Sequence record: DRR723986_5346
Direction: 5' to 3' (one strand)
Length of the DNA: 64,000 nucleotides
Position 1 is the first letter of the stretch. Each line of letters begins with the position of its first letter. The notes beneath the pieces were generated by a model that saw only the letters and a program-made list of their open reading frames with translations, searched no databases and was not told where the DNA came from. Positions 41,297 through 51,431 of this stretch are shown in pieces. The translations under genes and the position numbers were made by a program.

Positions 41297-42223
41297 ATGC
41301 AACAAGGCGGATTCTTAGAGCAAATTAAATATGCGTACAAGCGCTCAGGAGTAATCGGACAATTGATTGCTGTGAGTTTAGTTGTGCATTTGCTGTTCGG
41401 CGTTTCGTTCATGATTGAACGTTTGTTTATTCATCCTGAAATCATTCAAGCAGGTGGAGCAAGTGTAGTCGAGGCATTCAAGGGTCAATGGTTTGCAGCT
41501 CCAGGTGATCCTGCAATGTTGATCTATAAACCGTGGACATTAATTACACAGTTATTCACACATGGTGATTTCATGCACCTGCTGTTTAACATGGTGGGAT
41601 TATATTTTACCGCTAGTTTATTTGTTCAGTTTTTTGGAGAACGAAGATTAATTTCAACTTACTTTTTAGCTGGGATTTTCGCCTATTTATTTCATATTGG
41701 TTGTTACTATTTAATTCCGGCATTTAAAGGACAGGTAGTGAACGGTTTGGTAGGTGCTTCTGGATCTATCATGGCTATTTTTGCGGCCATTGCTATCCAC
41801 AGACCTAGTTTTAAAGTAATGTTGTTCGGTGTTATTAAAATGCCTTTGATTTTAATTGCGGCGATTTATATTTTTATTGATTTAAGAAGTGCGTTTAACC
41901 CTGATGGAATAGCGCATTTAGCACATATTGGTGGAGCGCTATTTGGCGCATTATCCGTAATAAACGTTCATTCTTCAAAACACTTTATGAACAGATTTGA
42001 CAAATGGTTCTCTAAATTTAAGTGGCCTAGTTTTAAAAGGAAACCTAAAATGAAAGTGTATAAAACACAGGCCAAAGAAATGACTGATGATGAATACAAT
42101 CAGGCTAGAAAAGACCATCAGCAAAGAGTTGATGCTATTTTAGATAAGATTTCTAAAAAAGGATATGAAGGTCTAACGAAAGAAGAAAAAGAAATTCTCT
42201 TCAATGAAAGCAAGCGCAACTAA
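41297..42223 (+). CDS. rhomboid protease with C-terminal DUF6576-like domain
   Basis: HLLFNM, VGASG, AHLAHIGG; VDAILDKISKKGYEGLTKEEK. Confidence 0.92.
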   Translation: MQQGGFLEQIKYAYKRSGVIGQLIAVSLVVHLLFGVSFMIERLFIHPEIIQAGGASVVEAFKGQWFAAPGDPAMLIYKPWTLITQLFTHGDFMHLLFNMVGLYFTASLFVQFFGERRLISTYFLAGIFAYLFHIGCYYLIPAFKGQVVNGLVGASGSIMAIFAAIAIHRPSFKVMLFGVIKMPLILIAAIYIFIDLRSAFNPDGIAHLAHIGGALFGALSVINVHSSKHFMNRFDKWFSKFKWPSFKRKPKMKVYKTQAKEMTDDEYNQARKDHQQRVDAILDKISKKGYEGLTKEEKEILFNESKRN

Positions 42224-43319
42224 ACCTGGATTGCATTGGGTATTTAAAATCTTTCTAGGGATTAATCTGCTCAATTCAGCTCTCTTATTTGGTGCTTATT
42301 TGAACACGCATGTATCTCCAAATGAATGGGGTTACCTGTATTTTCTCGGCCTCGGGTATCCCATCCTTCTAATAATAGCCCTTGTATTTATTCTCCTCTG
42401 GTTTTTCGTAAAAAAGAAACTCATGCTGATATCCATCATTACCATTTTGATTGGATTTAATCATCTTCGGCATTTTTTTGCTGTCACTGTATTTCAGCCA
42501 ACTATTGAAGAACCAATAAAGGTCCTATCGTTTAACGTTCACATCTTTGATTTGTACAACTTGGAAGGACGGGAAAAAAACAAGCAAGAGATTTTTAAGT
42601 TTTTGAAGGAGCAAGACGCAGATGTATATTGTTTTCAAGAGTTTTATCATCAAGATCAATCTTCAAATTTCCAAACTAAAAATGAGATGATTCCATTGCT
42701 GGAAACGCCTCATTATCATGAGAGATATACCCATGAAATGTTAGATAAGAAATTTTTTGGGGTAGCTACTTTTTCTAAATATCCGATCATCAATCAAGGT
42801 GAAATACCTTTTGATAATGACCCTAATAACTATTGTATCTATTCAGATATTCTTAAAAATGAAGATACCATACGAGTTTTTAATGCGCATATAGGTTCGA
42901 TTCGATTACAATCGGATGATTATGAGTTTTTTGGGGATGATGAGCGTCCGAAATACTTAGAAAACAAAGAGGCCGGCCAAAGAATTTTAGGCAGACTAAA
43001 AAGAGCGTTTGAAAAACGTGCAATTCAAGCAGAAAAGGTGGCAGAACAAGTTGCTATTTCTCCTTATCCGACAGTATTATGTGGTGATTTCAATGATACG
43101 CCGGTTTCATATTGTTACCGACAATTTAATAGGTATTTGTATGATGCTTTTGTTGAATCAGGGAATGGAATAGGGCAGACCTATATTGGAAAAGTTCCGT
43201 CAAATAGAATTGATTATATTTTTTACAGTGCGGCATTTGAATCGGCTAACTTTACAACGCACCAAGTTAATTTGTCTGATCATAAACCCATCAGTGTAGA
43301 ATTAGGATTTATTGATTAA
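42204..43319 (+). CDS. membrane-anchored endonuclease/exonuclease/phosphatase (EEP) family protein
   Basis: N-terminal TM helices; SFNV, CFQE, CGDFNDTP, RIDYIF, SDHKP. Confidence 0.92.
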   Translation: MKASATKPGLHWVFKIFLGINLLNSALLFGAYLNTHVSPNEWGYLYFLGLGYPILLIIALVFILLWFFVKKKLMLISIITILIGFNHLRHFFAVTVFQPTIEEPIKVLSFNVHIFDLYNLEGREKNKQEIFKFLKEQDADVYCFQEFYHQDQSSNFQTKNEMIPLLETPHYHERYTHEMLDKKFFGVATFSKYPIINQGEIPFDNDPNNYCIYSDILKNEDTIRVFNAHIGSIRLQSDDYEFFGDDERPKYLENKEAGQRILGRLKRAFEKRAIQAEKVAEQVAISPYPTVLCGDFNDTPVSYCYRQFNRYLYDAFVESGNGIGQTYIGKVPSNRIDYIFYSAAFESANFTTHQVNLSDHKPISVELGFID

Positions 43320-43328
43320 ATTGAAAAT

Positions 43329-43718
43329 ATGAAAGGAATAATAACAACATTAATTTTATTAATTGGAATTACTTCTTTTAGTCAGGATGCTGCTTGTGGT
43401 CAAGTGCCTAGAGGAGGTGTCGAAGTGAAAGCTGATCCAGGTGATGATTTAATATCGACCGTTGAGAAAGAAGTTGGAAAACAATTTAAAAAAGGGGAGG
43501 CAGAGGGCGTTTTTAAAGTCTTTGTGGACTGCAAAGGTCAGGTTTATAAATGCTCTTATCAAAAAGGAACTTTTTTAAGTGCTGAAGCGAATAAGTTGAC
43601 CGAGTTAATTCAAACCACTGAGTGGGAGCCGGCTTATATTGGTCAGGAATCTGTCAATTCAATTGTTTTTATAAAAATTGAGTTGAAAGAAGGTAAAGCA
43701 ATTCTTTCTATTCAGTAG
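43329..43718 (+). CDS. exported hypothetical protein, TonB C-terminal-like
   Basis: Signal peptide; VFKVFVDCKG..WEPA pattern. Confidence 0.55.
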   Translation: MKGIITTLILLIGITSFSQDAACGQVPRGGVEVKADPGDDLISTVEKEVGKQFKKGEAEGVFKVFVDCKGQVYKCSYQKGTFLSAEANKLTELIQTTEWEPAYIGQESVNSIVFIKIELKEGKAILSIQ

Positions 43719-44397
43719 GGAATAAGGTGCCATTAATCCATTTTGTCATATTTTGATCACTGCTAAAAGTCCCCAAATAGTAGTTAGAGCTCACATCTAA
43801 TGCTTCACTTTCTGTGGCAATTTCTTTGTCAGGTCCTTCTAGTCCATAGTAATTTGAGTGTACGAACCACAGTCCAGAATTTGATTTAAGTATCATGCCT
43901 ACATGAGAATCTAGACCGACAATATACAGGTGATTTTCTCTTGATTTGATTTCATCCAACATTGCTATTTTATCTGAGTACTTGGTGACATCCGTACATA
44001 AGGTTTCGGCTATGTTTTTAGAATACATTTGTGCGAGTTTGTATCTGTTCCAGTTAAACCCCATGTGTTTTAAGGGAGTTGATACAAAATAACCACATGC
44101 GATTAATTTGTCCGGGCCTGGTCTATTGGTATATCCATTGTAATCCCAAGGTGTTCCTACCCAATGAGGAAAGACTTGATGTTCGAACTGGTCAAGAAAA
44201 TATTCCCGGATCTCGAATGAACTAGCTTGAGAATTATTAAAAGCGATTCGTTGCTTTTTGATGTTTTCAATAACTTGTTCGTAGCTGTCATCTTTAGGTA
44301 AAATGTGTCTGTATTCTAAATGATTACTCGCTATTCTAGGTACGGGATCCTGGCCAAAACAATTAATTCCAACGAAAAGTAGGATGATTGCACGCAT
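43708..44397 (-). CDS. NlpC/P60-like papain-fold protein
   Basis: WVGTPWDYNG..IACGYFVS..SHVGMI..FVHSNY parallels GxPY/DCSG/HVG/H. Confidence 0.6.
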   Translation of the reverse strand: MRAIILLFVGINCFGQDPVPRIASNHLEYRHILPKDDSYEQVIENIKKQRIAFNNSQASSFEIREYFLDQFEHQVFPHWVGTPWDYNGYTNRPGPDKLIACGYFVSTPLKHMGFNWNRYKLAQMYSKNIAETLCTDVTKYSDKIAMLDEIKSRENHLYIVGLDSHVGMILKSNSGLWFVHSNYYGLEGPDKEIATESEALDVSSNYYLGTFSSDQNMTKWINGTLFPTE

Positions 44398-44440
44398 ACT
44401 CTTTTTTATAAGAGAATACAGCTATGATGAAAAGTAACAA

Positions 44441-46867
44441 CTAGAAACTGAAAGAGTACTGTAATACAGTTGAACGCATTGCTTCAATCTTCAATGGCCT
44501 TAGAGAATAGAGTCTGTTCGTTAGGTTTTTACAAACGATTGAAACTTTGTGTTTGTATTTTTTACCCATTCCGTATGATACTCTTAAGTCCATGATAATG
44601 TTCCCGTTATTGTTTTGCTCATAGAATTCACTGAACAGCACAGGCTGTAATGATCCTCCTGTATTCAGTGTAACGTTTTCAAAGTCAATAATTGCGCGGT
44701 CAAGATTTTCCATTTTACTGAAGTATTTGATGGTGTATCCAACAGCAAATCCTTTAAACGAAACTTCGACATCTGCTTTAAAACTGTGTTTAAATCTGTA
44801 TTTCAGAACATTTGTGGTGGTATCGTAACTGGTTTTTCTAAACGAAAATTCAGTCGGATTAGAAAAATTGTAATCAACTGCAAATACAGAATCAGGTTCA
44901 AGCGTCACTGGATTTATGTAGTTGTAACCAATAGCGTGAGTAATTTGAAAATTCTTGCCAATTTTAGCTTGTCCATTAAGGGTAACGTCAAACCCGGTAA
45001 CCTTGGATTTACCAGTATTTAGAAATTTGAATCCAGCCAGTGGATCGCCTGCTAAGAAATTAGGGTTAGGATCCCAGAAGCCGAATAGGTATTCTATTGT
45101 ATTCTCGTATCGTTGTAAAAAGGCTGCGACATCAATCTGTCCAACATAATTTCCGATTTTATATCCTTGATTAACACCGACTTCTGCATTCCATGACTCT
45201 TCCGGTAATAAATCAGGGTTGTCAAAAACACCAAAAGATCCAACTGCTGTTCTGATATAACGTTCAGTTATTGTAGGGAATCTATATCCCTGACCATAAG
45301 AAGCCCTCAAAAAGGTAGCCTGGCCTAGTTTTAGATTGGCGCCTGTTCTGAATATTGGGTTCCATTCAGTGATTGTATCGTTCAATTGATAGTATTCTGC
45401 ACGTCCACCAAGAGAGAAATTGAGAATTTTGAAAAAATCTTTTTGTACCTCTGCATATCCAGACAGGTTAAATAGCTGATTCGTTGAATCACCTGATTCA
45501 TTAGAATACAATTGTGCTTTAGTATCGTTGAATTGTGTTGAAACTCCTCCAATAAAATCAAAGGATTTATCTTTTAAAAACTTGAATTCTTTTTTAAATT
45601 GATAATTGGCATAATACACAACTCCAGTATTAGATTGATTTCCAGTCATTTGGTTATCAGTGTACATGATTCTGGTTTTTAAGCTGTGTTTAACACCAAT
45701 TTTCGAATAAAACTCTGCGTATGGGTCAATGTTGAAAATGGTCTGTGTTTGAAGTAAAGCTGCTCCTGGGTAGGCTCTGTAAATTCCAGATGAATCATCT
45801 AGCCAGGCTAAAACCAAATTCGTTTTCTGATACATTCCGTTACCGTTAATTCCATATGAAAATCCTTCAAAACGCTTTGATCGTCTTCTTAAATTGAAGT
45901 TGATTCTCGCTTTTTTCTGTTGCATTTCTTCGTTTGTGAATTCTTGACTTGTTGAATCCAACACATATTGACCTTTTATAGGGCCACCAATATAGCCGTG
46001 GTCCCAGTTTAAATTCCCTCCAATTACCAAGTCGGTGTATTTTTTAATAATTCGACTGTGTAAGAAGTTTAATCCGTGAATGAACGGGTAATCATCTCCC
46101 CACCAAGTCGTTGAATCACCTTGAGGATCAGAATAAAATCCAGAATACAAGTTGATTTTAGTGAGCGGTTTTTCTTTCGGATATGCTGTTCGGATATGGA
46201 TGGATCCACTCAATGCTGAAGATCCTGAAAGCACTGAAGATGCTCCTTTTGTAACCTCAATTTGTTCAATATTTTCTACAGGTACGAATCCCCATTCTGG
46301 TCTACCTGCATCTCCAGAAAGCATGGGCATGTCATCAACTAAAACAGAGACTTTACTTCCAACGCCAAATGTAAATCCAGAACCGCCTCTGATTTGCGGC
46401 TCACCGTCCATAATATTTAATCCTGGAGTTTGATCCAGAATACTTTCTATGCTCCGTGTATTTTTATTTTCAATGATACTAGGCTTAATCACTTCCATTG
46501 AGTAAGTCAATTCTTCAACTTTCTTGTCAAATTTTCCCACACGGACATCTACAACACCTAAAGTTTTTGATTTCATTTGGATATCTAAAACCTGAGATTG
46601 ACCATTTTCTGAATCAACCACAATGGTGTCGTTCACCATACCAGTAAATTTGAATAAGATCTTTGTTTCTCCTTCTGGTAAATCAATGCTATAGTTGCCA
46701 TCAATATCAGAAACCGCCCCGTTTGAAGGATCAGAAATCTGTAATACATAGGCGCCAATTATAGGCTCGCCAGAGATAAAATCTGAAATTTTACCTTTCA
46801 CTTGAATTTGTGAATTTCCTGATAGACTAATGGTTATCAAAGAAAAGAGAAGTAAAAATCTTTTCAT
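44441..46867 (-). CDS. TonB-dependent outer membrane receptor
   Basis: CarboxypepD-like N-domain, plug IEQIEVTKGASSVL.GS.ALSG, NPDLLPEES, C-terminal YSFSF. Confidence 0.92.
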   Translation of the reverse strand: MKRFLLLFSLITISLSGNSQIQVKGKISDFISGEPIIGAYVLQISDPSNGAVSDIDGNYSIDLPEGETKILFKFTGMVNDTIVVDSENGQSQVLDIQMKSKTLGVVDVRVGKFDKKVEELTYSMEVIKPSIIENKNTRSIESILDQTPGLNIMDGEPQIRGGSGFTFGVGSKVSVLVDDMPMLSGDAGRPEWGFVPVENIEQIEVTKGASSVLSGSSALSGSIHIRTAYPKEKPLTKINLYSGFYSDPQGDSTTWWGDDYPFIHGLNFLHSRIIKKYTDLVIGGNLNWDHGYIGGPIKGQYVLDSTSQEFTNEEMQQKKARINFNLRRRSKRFEGFSYGINGNGMYQKTNLVLAWLDDSSGIYRAYPGAALLQTQTIFNIDPYAEFYSKIGVKHSLKTRIMYTDNQMTGNQSNTGVVYYANYQFKKEFKFLKDKSFDFIGGVSTQFNDTKAQLYSNESGDSTNQLFNLSGYAEVQKDFFKILNFSLGGRAEYYQLNDTITEWNPIFRTGANLKLGQATFLRASYGQGYRFPTITERYIRTAVGSFGVFDNPDLLPEESWNAEVGVNQGYKIGNYVGQIDVAAFLQRYENTIEYLFGFWDPNPNFLAGDPLAGFKFLNTGKSKVTGFDVTLNGQAKIGKNFQITHAIGYNYINPVTLEPDSVFAVDYNFSNPTEFSFRKTSYDTTTNVLKYRFKHSFKADVEVSFKGFAVGYTIKYFSKMENLDRAIIDFENVTLNTGGSLQPVLFSEFYEQNNNGNIIMDLRVSYGMGKKYKHKVSIVCKNLTNRLYSLRPLKIEAMRSTVLQYSFSF

Positions 46868-46874
46868 AGTAAAT

Positions 46875-46908
46875 AAAAAGCCATCCGTTAAGAACGGATG
46901 GCTTTTTT
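46875..46908. terminator. intrinsic terminator-like hairpin between the T9SS gene and the TonB receptor
   Basis: AAAAAGCCATCCGTT-AAG-AACGGATGGCTTTTT, a perfect 15-bp stem. Confidence 0.8.
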
Positions 46909-46920
46909 AAATTTTAAAGT

Positions 46921-48426
46921 TTATAGGCTTATTTTTCCGGTAACGATACGGTCACCTGAAACTAATCGGTAGATGTATATTCCAGAATTTTCAATTACAT
47001 GTTGAGAATTGGAATTTAGAACTTGACTGATATAGACTTGTTTTCCTTCTAAATTATACAATGAGAATACAGCATCTTCATTCAAAGATTCAAAAGTCAA
47101 ATTAATGATGTTCTCATTAGTATAAATGTTGAATTTAAAATCTTCCTCGTCAATTCCAACTGATGAAGGCACATCAATTATTACCTCATTAGAAATTTTA
47201 ATATCTCCTGCAAAATCAGACTCACAGATCACATAATAAGTTCCTAATGTCGAGAAATAAGGTGTATAAGTTAATCCTGTTTCTGGTGTTCCAAAGGATG
47301 CATAACCTGTTCCAGAAGTTGTTGAGAATTTCCACTCTCTACTTGAAGCCGCCGCAGGCGTTTCTGTAGCGGTTAACAAGTTACCGTTTTGGTCAGTTAA
47401 TATGGTCTGCATTGCAGATGGTGTTACTGTTACTGTGTTTGTGGCAGGATCAACAACTACTATTTCTACTTCATTTGAAACTATAGTTTGCGTTCCAAAA
47501 TCCGTTTCGCATACTACATAGTAGATTCCGGCTGAAGCAAAGTTTGGTGTGTATGTGGTTGCTGTTTCAGCAGGTGTAATAGCTGTGTAAGGTCCACCAG
47601 CAGTTGAACTTACCATCCATTGTCTAGATGAAACCGTTCCATTTGCTTCTGTCGCAGTTAATACATTTCCGTTTACACCCACGTCTATGTTTTGGGTGGC
47701 TGTTGGAGCGATTGATACAGTCGGAACTGGGTTGTAAATCAATTCTAAGTCGTCAATCCACATTTCAGTATTTTCAACCGCAATTGTACTATCTCCTGCA
47801 GAGATTACTGCCAACATGTGAGTAGGGGCTGAAGGGCCTCCTCCATAATAAACAAATGGAGCAGACATTCTCGTCCAGCTACCAATCGTTCCTGTTATGT
47901 CAACTCTAGCTTTGCCAACCCAATGCGTAGTTGTACCATCATGGGGTAATTCTCCATCATGTGAAAGGTCATGAAGCAAAACTTCAACCTTAGATTTATC
48001 TCCACCTACGGGTGCATGCTTAACCCAAAAAACAAGACTGTCAGGTGTGTCTGTGAATGGGGTATTCCATTTTGAGTCTGTATCTATTGTGTAAACGTAT
48101 CCATTATCTGGATTGAAATCTGCATGAACTCTTCCATTGGTCATAAGTCCATTCGCATTTACACCAAATGAATTCACAACTTTTAGTCGCACACAATAAG
48201 TCCCTGAATGCGGGTTGGTTGTTTCTTGAAATGCAACAATAGGTGCAAATCCAGTTAAAGCATCCGCTGACTTTAAAGAGCTCCATTCTATTGGCTCTGG
48301 TTCTGAACCTGCAATGTCACCTCCAGTTTGCCAAGTTCCTTCAAATCCTGGATTCTCAAATTGAGTTTGAGAAAAACCGGCAGCCGCTAAAAACATGCAT
48401 GCCGAAAAAAGTAAAGTTTTCTTCAT
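46921..48426 (-). CDS. T9SS type A cargo with PCMD-like N-terminal domain and two Ig-like repeats
   Basis: MKKTLL signal; ENPGFE..W, PFTDTPDSL, MWIDDLELIY; two ~95-aa repeats (TYTP.F...G.YYV.CE.DF..SNEV); CTD LYNLEGK..GIYIY..GKISL. Confidence 0.75.
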   Translation of the reverse strand: MKKTLLFSACMFLAAAGFSQTQFENPGFEGTWQTGGDIAGSEPEPIEWSSLKSADALTGFAPIVAFQETTNPHSGTYCVRLKVVNSFGVNANGLMTNGRVHADFNPDNGYVYTIDTDSKWNTPFTDTPDSLVFWVKHAPVGGDKSKVEVLLHDLSHDGELPHDGTTTHWVGKARVDITGTIGSWTRMSAPFVYYGGGPSAPTHMLAVISAGDSTIAVENTEMWIDDLELIYNPVPTVSIAPTATQNIDVGVNGNVLTATEANGTVSSRQWMVSSTAGGPYTAITPAETATTYTPNFASAGIYYVVCETDFGTQTIVSNEVEIVVVDPATNTVTVTPSAMQTILTDQNGNLLTATETPAAASSREWKFSTTSGTGYASFGTPETGLTYTPYFSTLGTYYVICESDFAGDIKISNEVIIDVPSSVGIDEEDFKFNIYTNENIINLTFESLNEDAVFSLYNLEGKQVYISQVLNSNSQHVIENSGIYIYRLVSGDRIVTGKISL

Positions 48427-48507
48427 AGTATTGGTTATTTGGTATTCAAAAATAAGCAATTATACTTTAGCTTAAATAAAAGTGCTAATTTTTAACGTTT
48501 TAGTATG

Positions 48508-49323
48508 TTATTTCCTCCCGAAATCGGCTGGAATTTCACCCCAAACCTTGGTTTCCCATTTTAAAATTGGGTTGCTCCAACTATTCAGTCGTAACCATTT
48601 TTCGGCACGTAGAATGAGTTGCGTAACTTCTGGGTTGGTTTGCTGTTTGGTTCTACATTTGCAGGCTTTTACCCATCCCATAGCTATTCTTGAATCTGTG
48701 TAAATAGGCATTTGTTTCATTTTGGGATCTTTATGACCATTTAAAAAAGCTAGAGCATGTACCAAAGCGAGAAACTCACCAATGTTATTTGATCCGTTTT
48801 TATATGGTCCGATTTTGAACTCTACCTCATTGCTAAAAGTCCAAACACCTTGATACTCGAAATCTCCTTTGTTATTACAAGCAGCATCTACTGCAAGACT
48901 CAGTTCAATTGGTGTTCCAATTTTATCTAACTCATCTTTAGTGAGGTCCTTCGTTTTTTTATAATCTCCATCTTTATACTTATCAGGGTGTTCGGTAAAA
49001 GCTTTTTCTGCCAATGATTTGCTTCCAAAAGTCTTGTAGATTGCGCCTTTTACACCTTTTATATTCTCACGGACGTCATCCCAGTTGGTGAATACCCCCG
49101 GCTCTTTACCATGCCAAACGACATAGTAGTATGTTTTTTTGCCCGCAGAAAAATCTACCTGATCAATATTTTTATAGGCAAATTCGGCTTCATCTTTAGA
49201 TTCAAATGATTTGAATTTAGCATTCGGATAGCCCTTGATTTGTTGTTGACATTTACCCCAGTCAGTGTAAACACCTGGTTGATGCCCTTCCCAAACAACG
49301 TAGTATTTTTTCTTTTTAGCCAC
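48508..49323 (-). CDS. ribonuclease HI with two N-terminal hybrid-binding (Cauli_VI/viroplasmin) domains
   Basis: YYVVWEGHQPGVYTDW and YYVVWHGKEPGVFTNW; AVDAAC, NNIGEFLA, IYTDS, WGEIPADFGRK. Confidence 0.92.
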   Translation of the reverse strand: MAKKKKYYVVWEGHQPGVYTDWGKCQQQIKGYPNAKFKSFESKDEAEFAYKNIDQVDFSAGKKTYYYVVWHGKEPGVFTNWDDVRENIKGVKGAIYKTFGSKSLAEKAFTEHPDKYKDGDYKKTKDLTKDELDKIGTPIELSLAVDAACNNKGDFEYQGVWTFSNEVEFKIGPYKNGSNNIGEFLALVHALAFLNGHKDPKMKQMPIYTDSRIAMGWVKACKCRTKQQTNPEVTQLILRAEKWLRLNSWSNPILKWETKVWGEIPADFGRK

Positions 49324-49327
49324 GATT

Positions 49328-49415
49328 CAAAAGTACGATTTATGAGTAAACAATTTACTCATTGGAAACATTTTATACATTTTTTGTTTCCAATTAATTT
49401 TTTGTATTACCTTTG
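49328..49415. promoter_or_regulatory. divergent promoters and probable TetR operator
   Basis: TACTTTTG (-, 49328-35); TTTG 49383 plus TACCTTTG 49408 (+, 21-nt spacer); IRs ATGAGTAAA-N3-TTTACTCAT (49342-62) and ATTGGAAACA-N14-TGTTTCCAAT (49361-94). Confidence 0.75.
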
Positions 49416-49420
49416 CGCCC

Positions 49421-50050
49421 ATGGAAGATAAAAAACGGGAATTAGTCGGCAAGGCACTGGAAATTTACATGAGATTCGGTGTTAAGAGTGTGACTATGGA
49501 CGAGATGGCACGTCAGCTAGGCGTTTCCAAAAAAACACTTTATTTACATGTCAAAGACAAGAATGACTTAGTAGAACAGTGTATGCTTTTAATGCATGAA
49601 AGAGAACAGGAACATATCGCAAGTATCATTAGCGAGACAGAAAATGCCATTGAGCAAATGATGGGGATTAGTCAATTCATTGTTGGTCAACTTAAAAAAG
49701 TGCATCCCTCAATATTTTTCGATTTAGAAAAATATCACCCTCAAGTAACTCAAATGATGCAATGCCATAAAGACGAGTTTGTTTGTGGATGTATAGAGCA
49801 AAATCTAGTTAATGGAATGAAACAAGGGTTTTATAGAGAAAATTTAAATCCCAAAATAATTTCAAGTATCTATGTGCGCTTAATTGATATCATAATGGAT
49901 GCTTCACTTGCTCAGCAGGCAGAATTGAGAGCAGATGAAGTTTATTTTGAAATGTTTAGATACCACATTCGTGGCTGTGCTACTCAGAAAGGAATAAGTT
50001 TCCTTACTGACCTAATTAAAAAAGATGATTCATTTAATGTGGATTTTTAA
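49421..50050 (+). CDS. TetR/AcrR family regulator
   Basis: GVKSVTMDEMARQLGVSKKTLY. Confidence 0.95.
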   Translation: MEDKKRELVGKALEIYMRFGVKSVTMDEMARQLGVSKKTLYLHVKDKNDLVEQCMLLMHEREQEHIASIISETENAIEQMMGISQFIVGQLKKVHPSIFFDLEKYHPQVTQMMQCHKDEFVCGCIEQNLVNGMKQGFYRENLNPKIISSIYVRLIDIIMDASLAQQAELRADEVYFEMFRYHIRGCATQKGISFLTDLIKKDDSFNVDF

Positions 50051-50051
50051 T

Positions 50052-51404
50052 ATGACCCGAAAAATGATAAATATGAGATTAATACTATTGACGATTGGCT
50101 TGTTTTCAGCTACAATTTCTTTGACTCAAGAGAAAACTGAATTCAGTCTTAATGAGGCTGAAGACTATGGTGTCAATAACCATCATAAAATGAAAAATGC
50201 GTTGTTGGATGTGGAAGCAGCAAGAAAAAGAGTCTGGGAAACTACAGCTATTGGCTTACCGCAAATAAGTGCAGAAGGAAATTTTCAACACTTTATTGAT
50301 ATTCCTACCTCCGTGGTGGACGCTAGTTTTTTGAATCCAATGGCTCCTCCAGATGAAGTCGTTGAATTTCAAATGGGTCAAAAATTTAGCACAGGTTTAA
50401 CATTTAATGTGAATCAATTGTTGTTTGATGGGTCCTATATCGTTGGTTTGAAATTCGCCAAATTTTGGAAACAAATGAATGCGAATGGTGCAGAGCGGAC
50501 TAAAAATGAGATTAAAGCAATGGTGAGAGAAGCTTATTATAATGTTTTGGTTGCCAAAGAAAATGTTGCTATCATGGATTCAATATTACAGTCTACAGAG
50601 CAATTAAACAGAGAAACTCAAGTATTCCTTGAAAACGGCTTTATATTAAAAGAAGACGCGGATCAAATAAAATACGCTGTTAATAAAATTAAAGTATCTA
50701 AGCAATCTGCTGAAAGACAATTGGAGATTGCGTATAATTTGTTGAAACTTCAAATGGGATATGATTTCGAAAAAGAACTTGAGATTAGCGAAAATTTGGA
50801 TGATGTGCTGTCAGGAATTCTTTCTGAATCGCCAGTGACAGAGAAGTTTGATGTTAAATCAAATAGCAATTACCAGATGTTAACAGAGCAAAAAACATTG
50901 GATGAGTTTAATGTAATGAATGAAAAGGCGGGTTATTATCCTTCATTTGGAGCGTTTTTACAACACTCACAAAATGCCTATAGAAATGAATTTAATTTTT
51001 TCAATGATGGTGCTTGGTATCCTACAACAGTTTGGGGCTTAGGTCTGAATATTCCCATTACATCTTCAGGGATGAAAGTTATGAAGGTGCAACAAGCAGA
51101 AATTAAAGTTGAACAAGATCAAAATAACATTGAGAATCTTGAAAGATCTATTGAATTCCAACAATTACAGTTGAAAGCTCAATTTCAAAATGCACAAGAT
51201 CAAATGCTGATTGAAAAAGAAAACGTTGAATTGGCAAAATTCATCTATCAGCAAGCGTTGATCAAAAAATCTAACGGAGCAATTTCTTCTTTAGAAGTTA
51301 CACAACTCCAAAATCAGTTGTTACAAGCAGAAGGAACATATATCGGTTCAATAATGCAGCTGATGAATGTGAAAATAGAACTAGATAAATTATTTAATAA
51401 ATAG
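50052..51404 (+). CDS. TolC-family outer membrane efflux protein
   Basis: Signal peptide, GLPQISA, QLLFDG, YYNVLV; start 50052, 50064 or 50073. Confidence 0.9.
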   Translation: MTRKMINMRLILLTIGLFSATISLTQEKTEFSLNEAEDYGVNNHHKMKNALLDVEAARKRVWETTAIGLPQISAEGNFQHFIDIPTSVVDASFLNPMAPPDEVVEFQMGQKFSTGLTFNVNQLLFDGSYIVGLKFAKFWKQMNANGAERTKNEIKAMVREAYYNVLVAKENVAIMDSILQSTEQLNRETQVFLENGFILKEDADQIKYAVNKIKVSKQSAERQLEIAYNLLKLQMGYDFEKELEISENLDDVLSGILSESPVTEKFDVKSNSNYQMLTEQKTLDEFNVMNEKAGYYPSFGAFLQHSQNAYRNEFNFFNDGAWYPTTVWGLGLNIPITSSGMKVMKVQQAEIKVEQDQNNIENLERSIEFQQLQLKAQFQNAQDQMLIEKENVELAKFIYQQALIKKSNGAISSLEVTQLQNQLLQAEGTYIGSIMQLMNVKIELDKLFNK

Positions 51405-51431
51405 AAAATGTCCCCCCGTAAATTAAAAATC

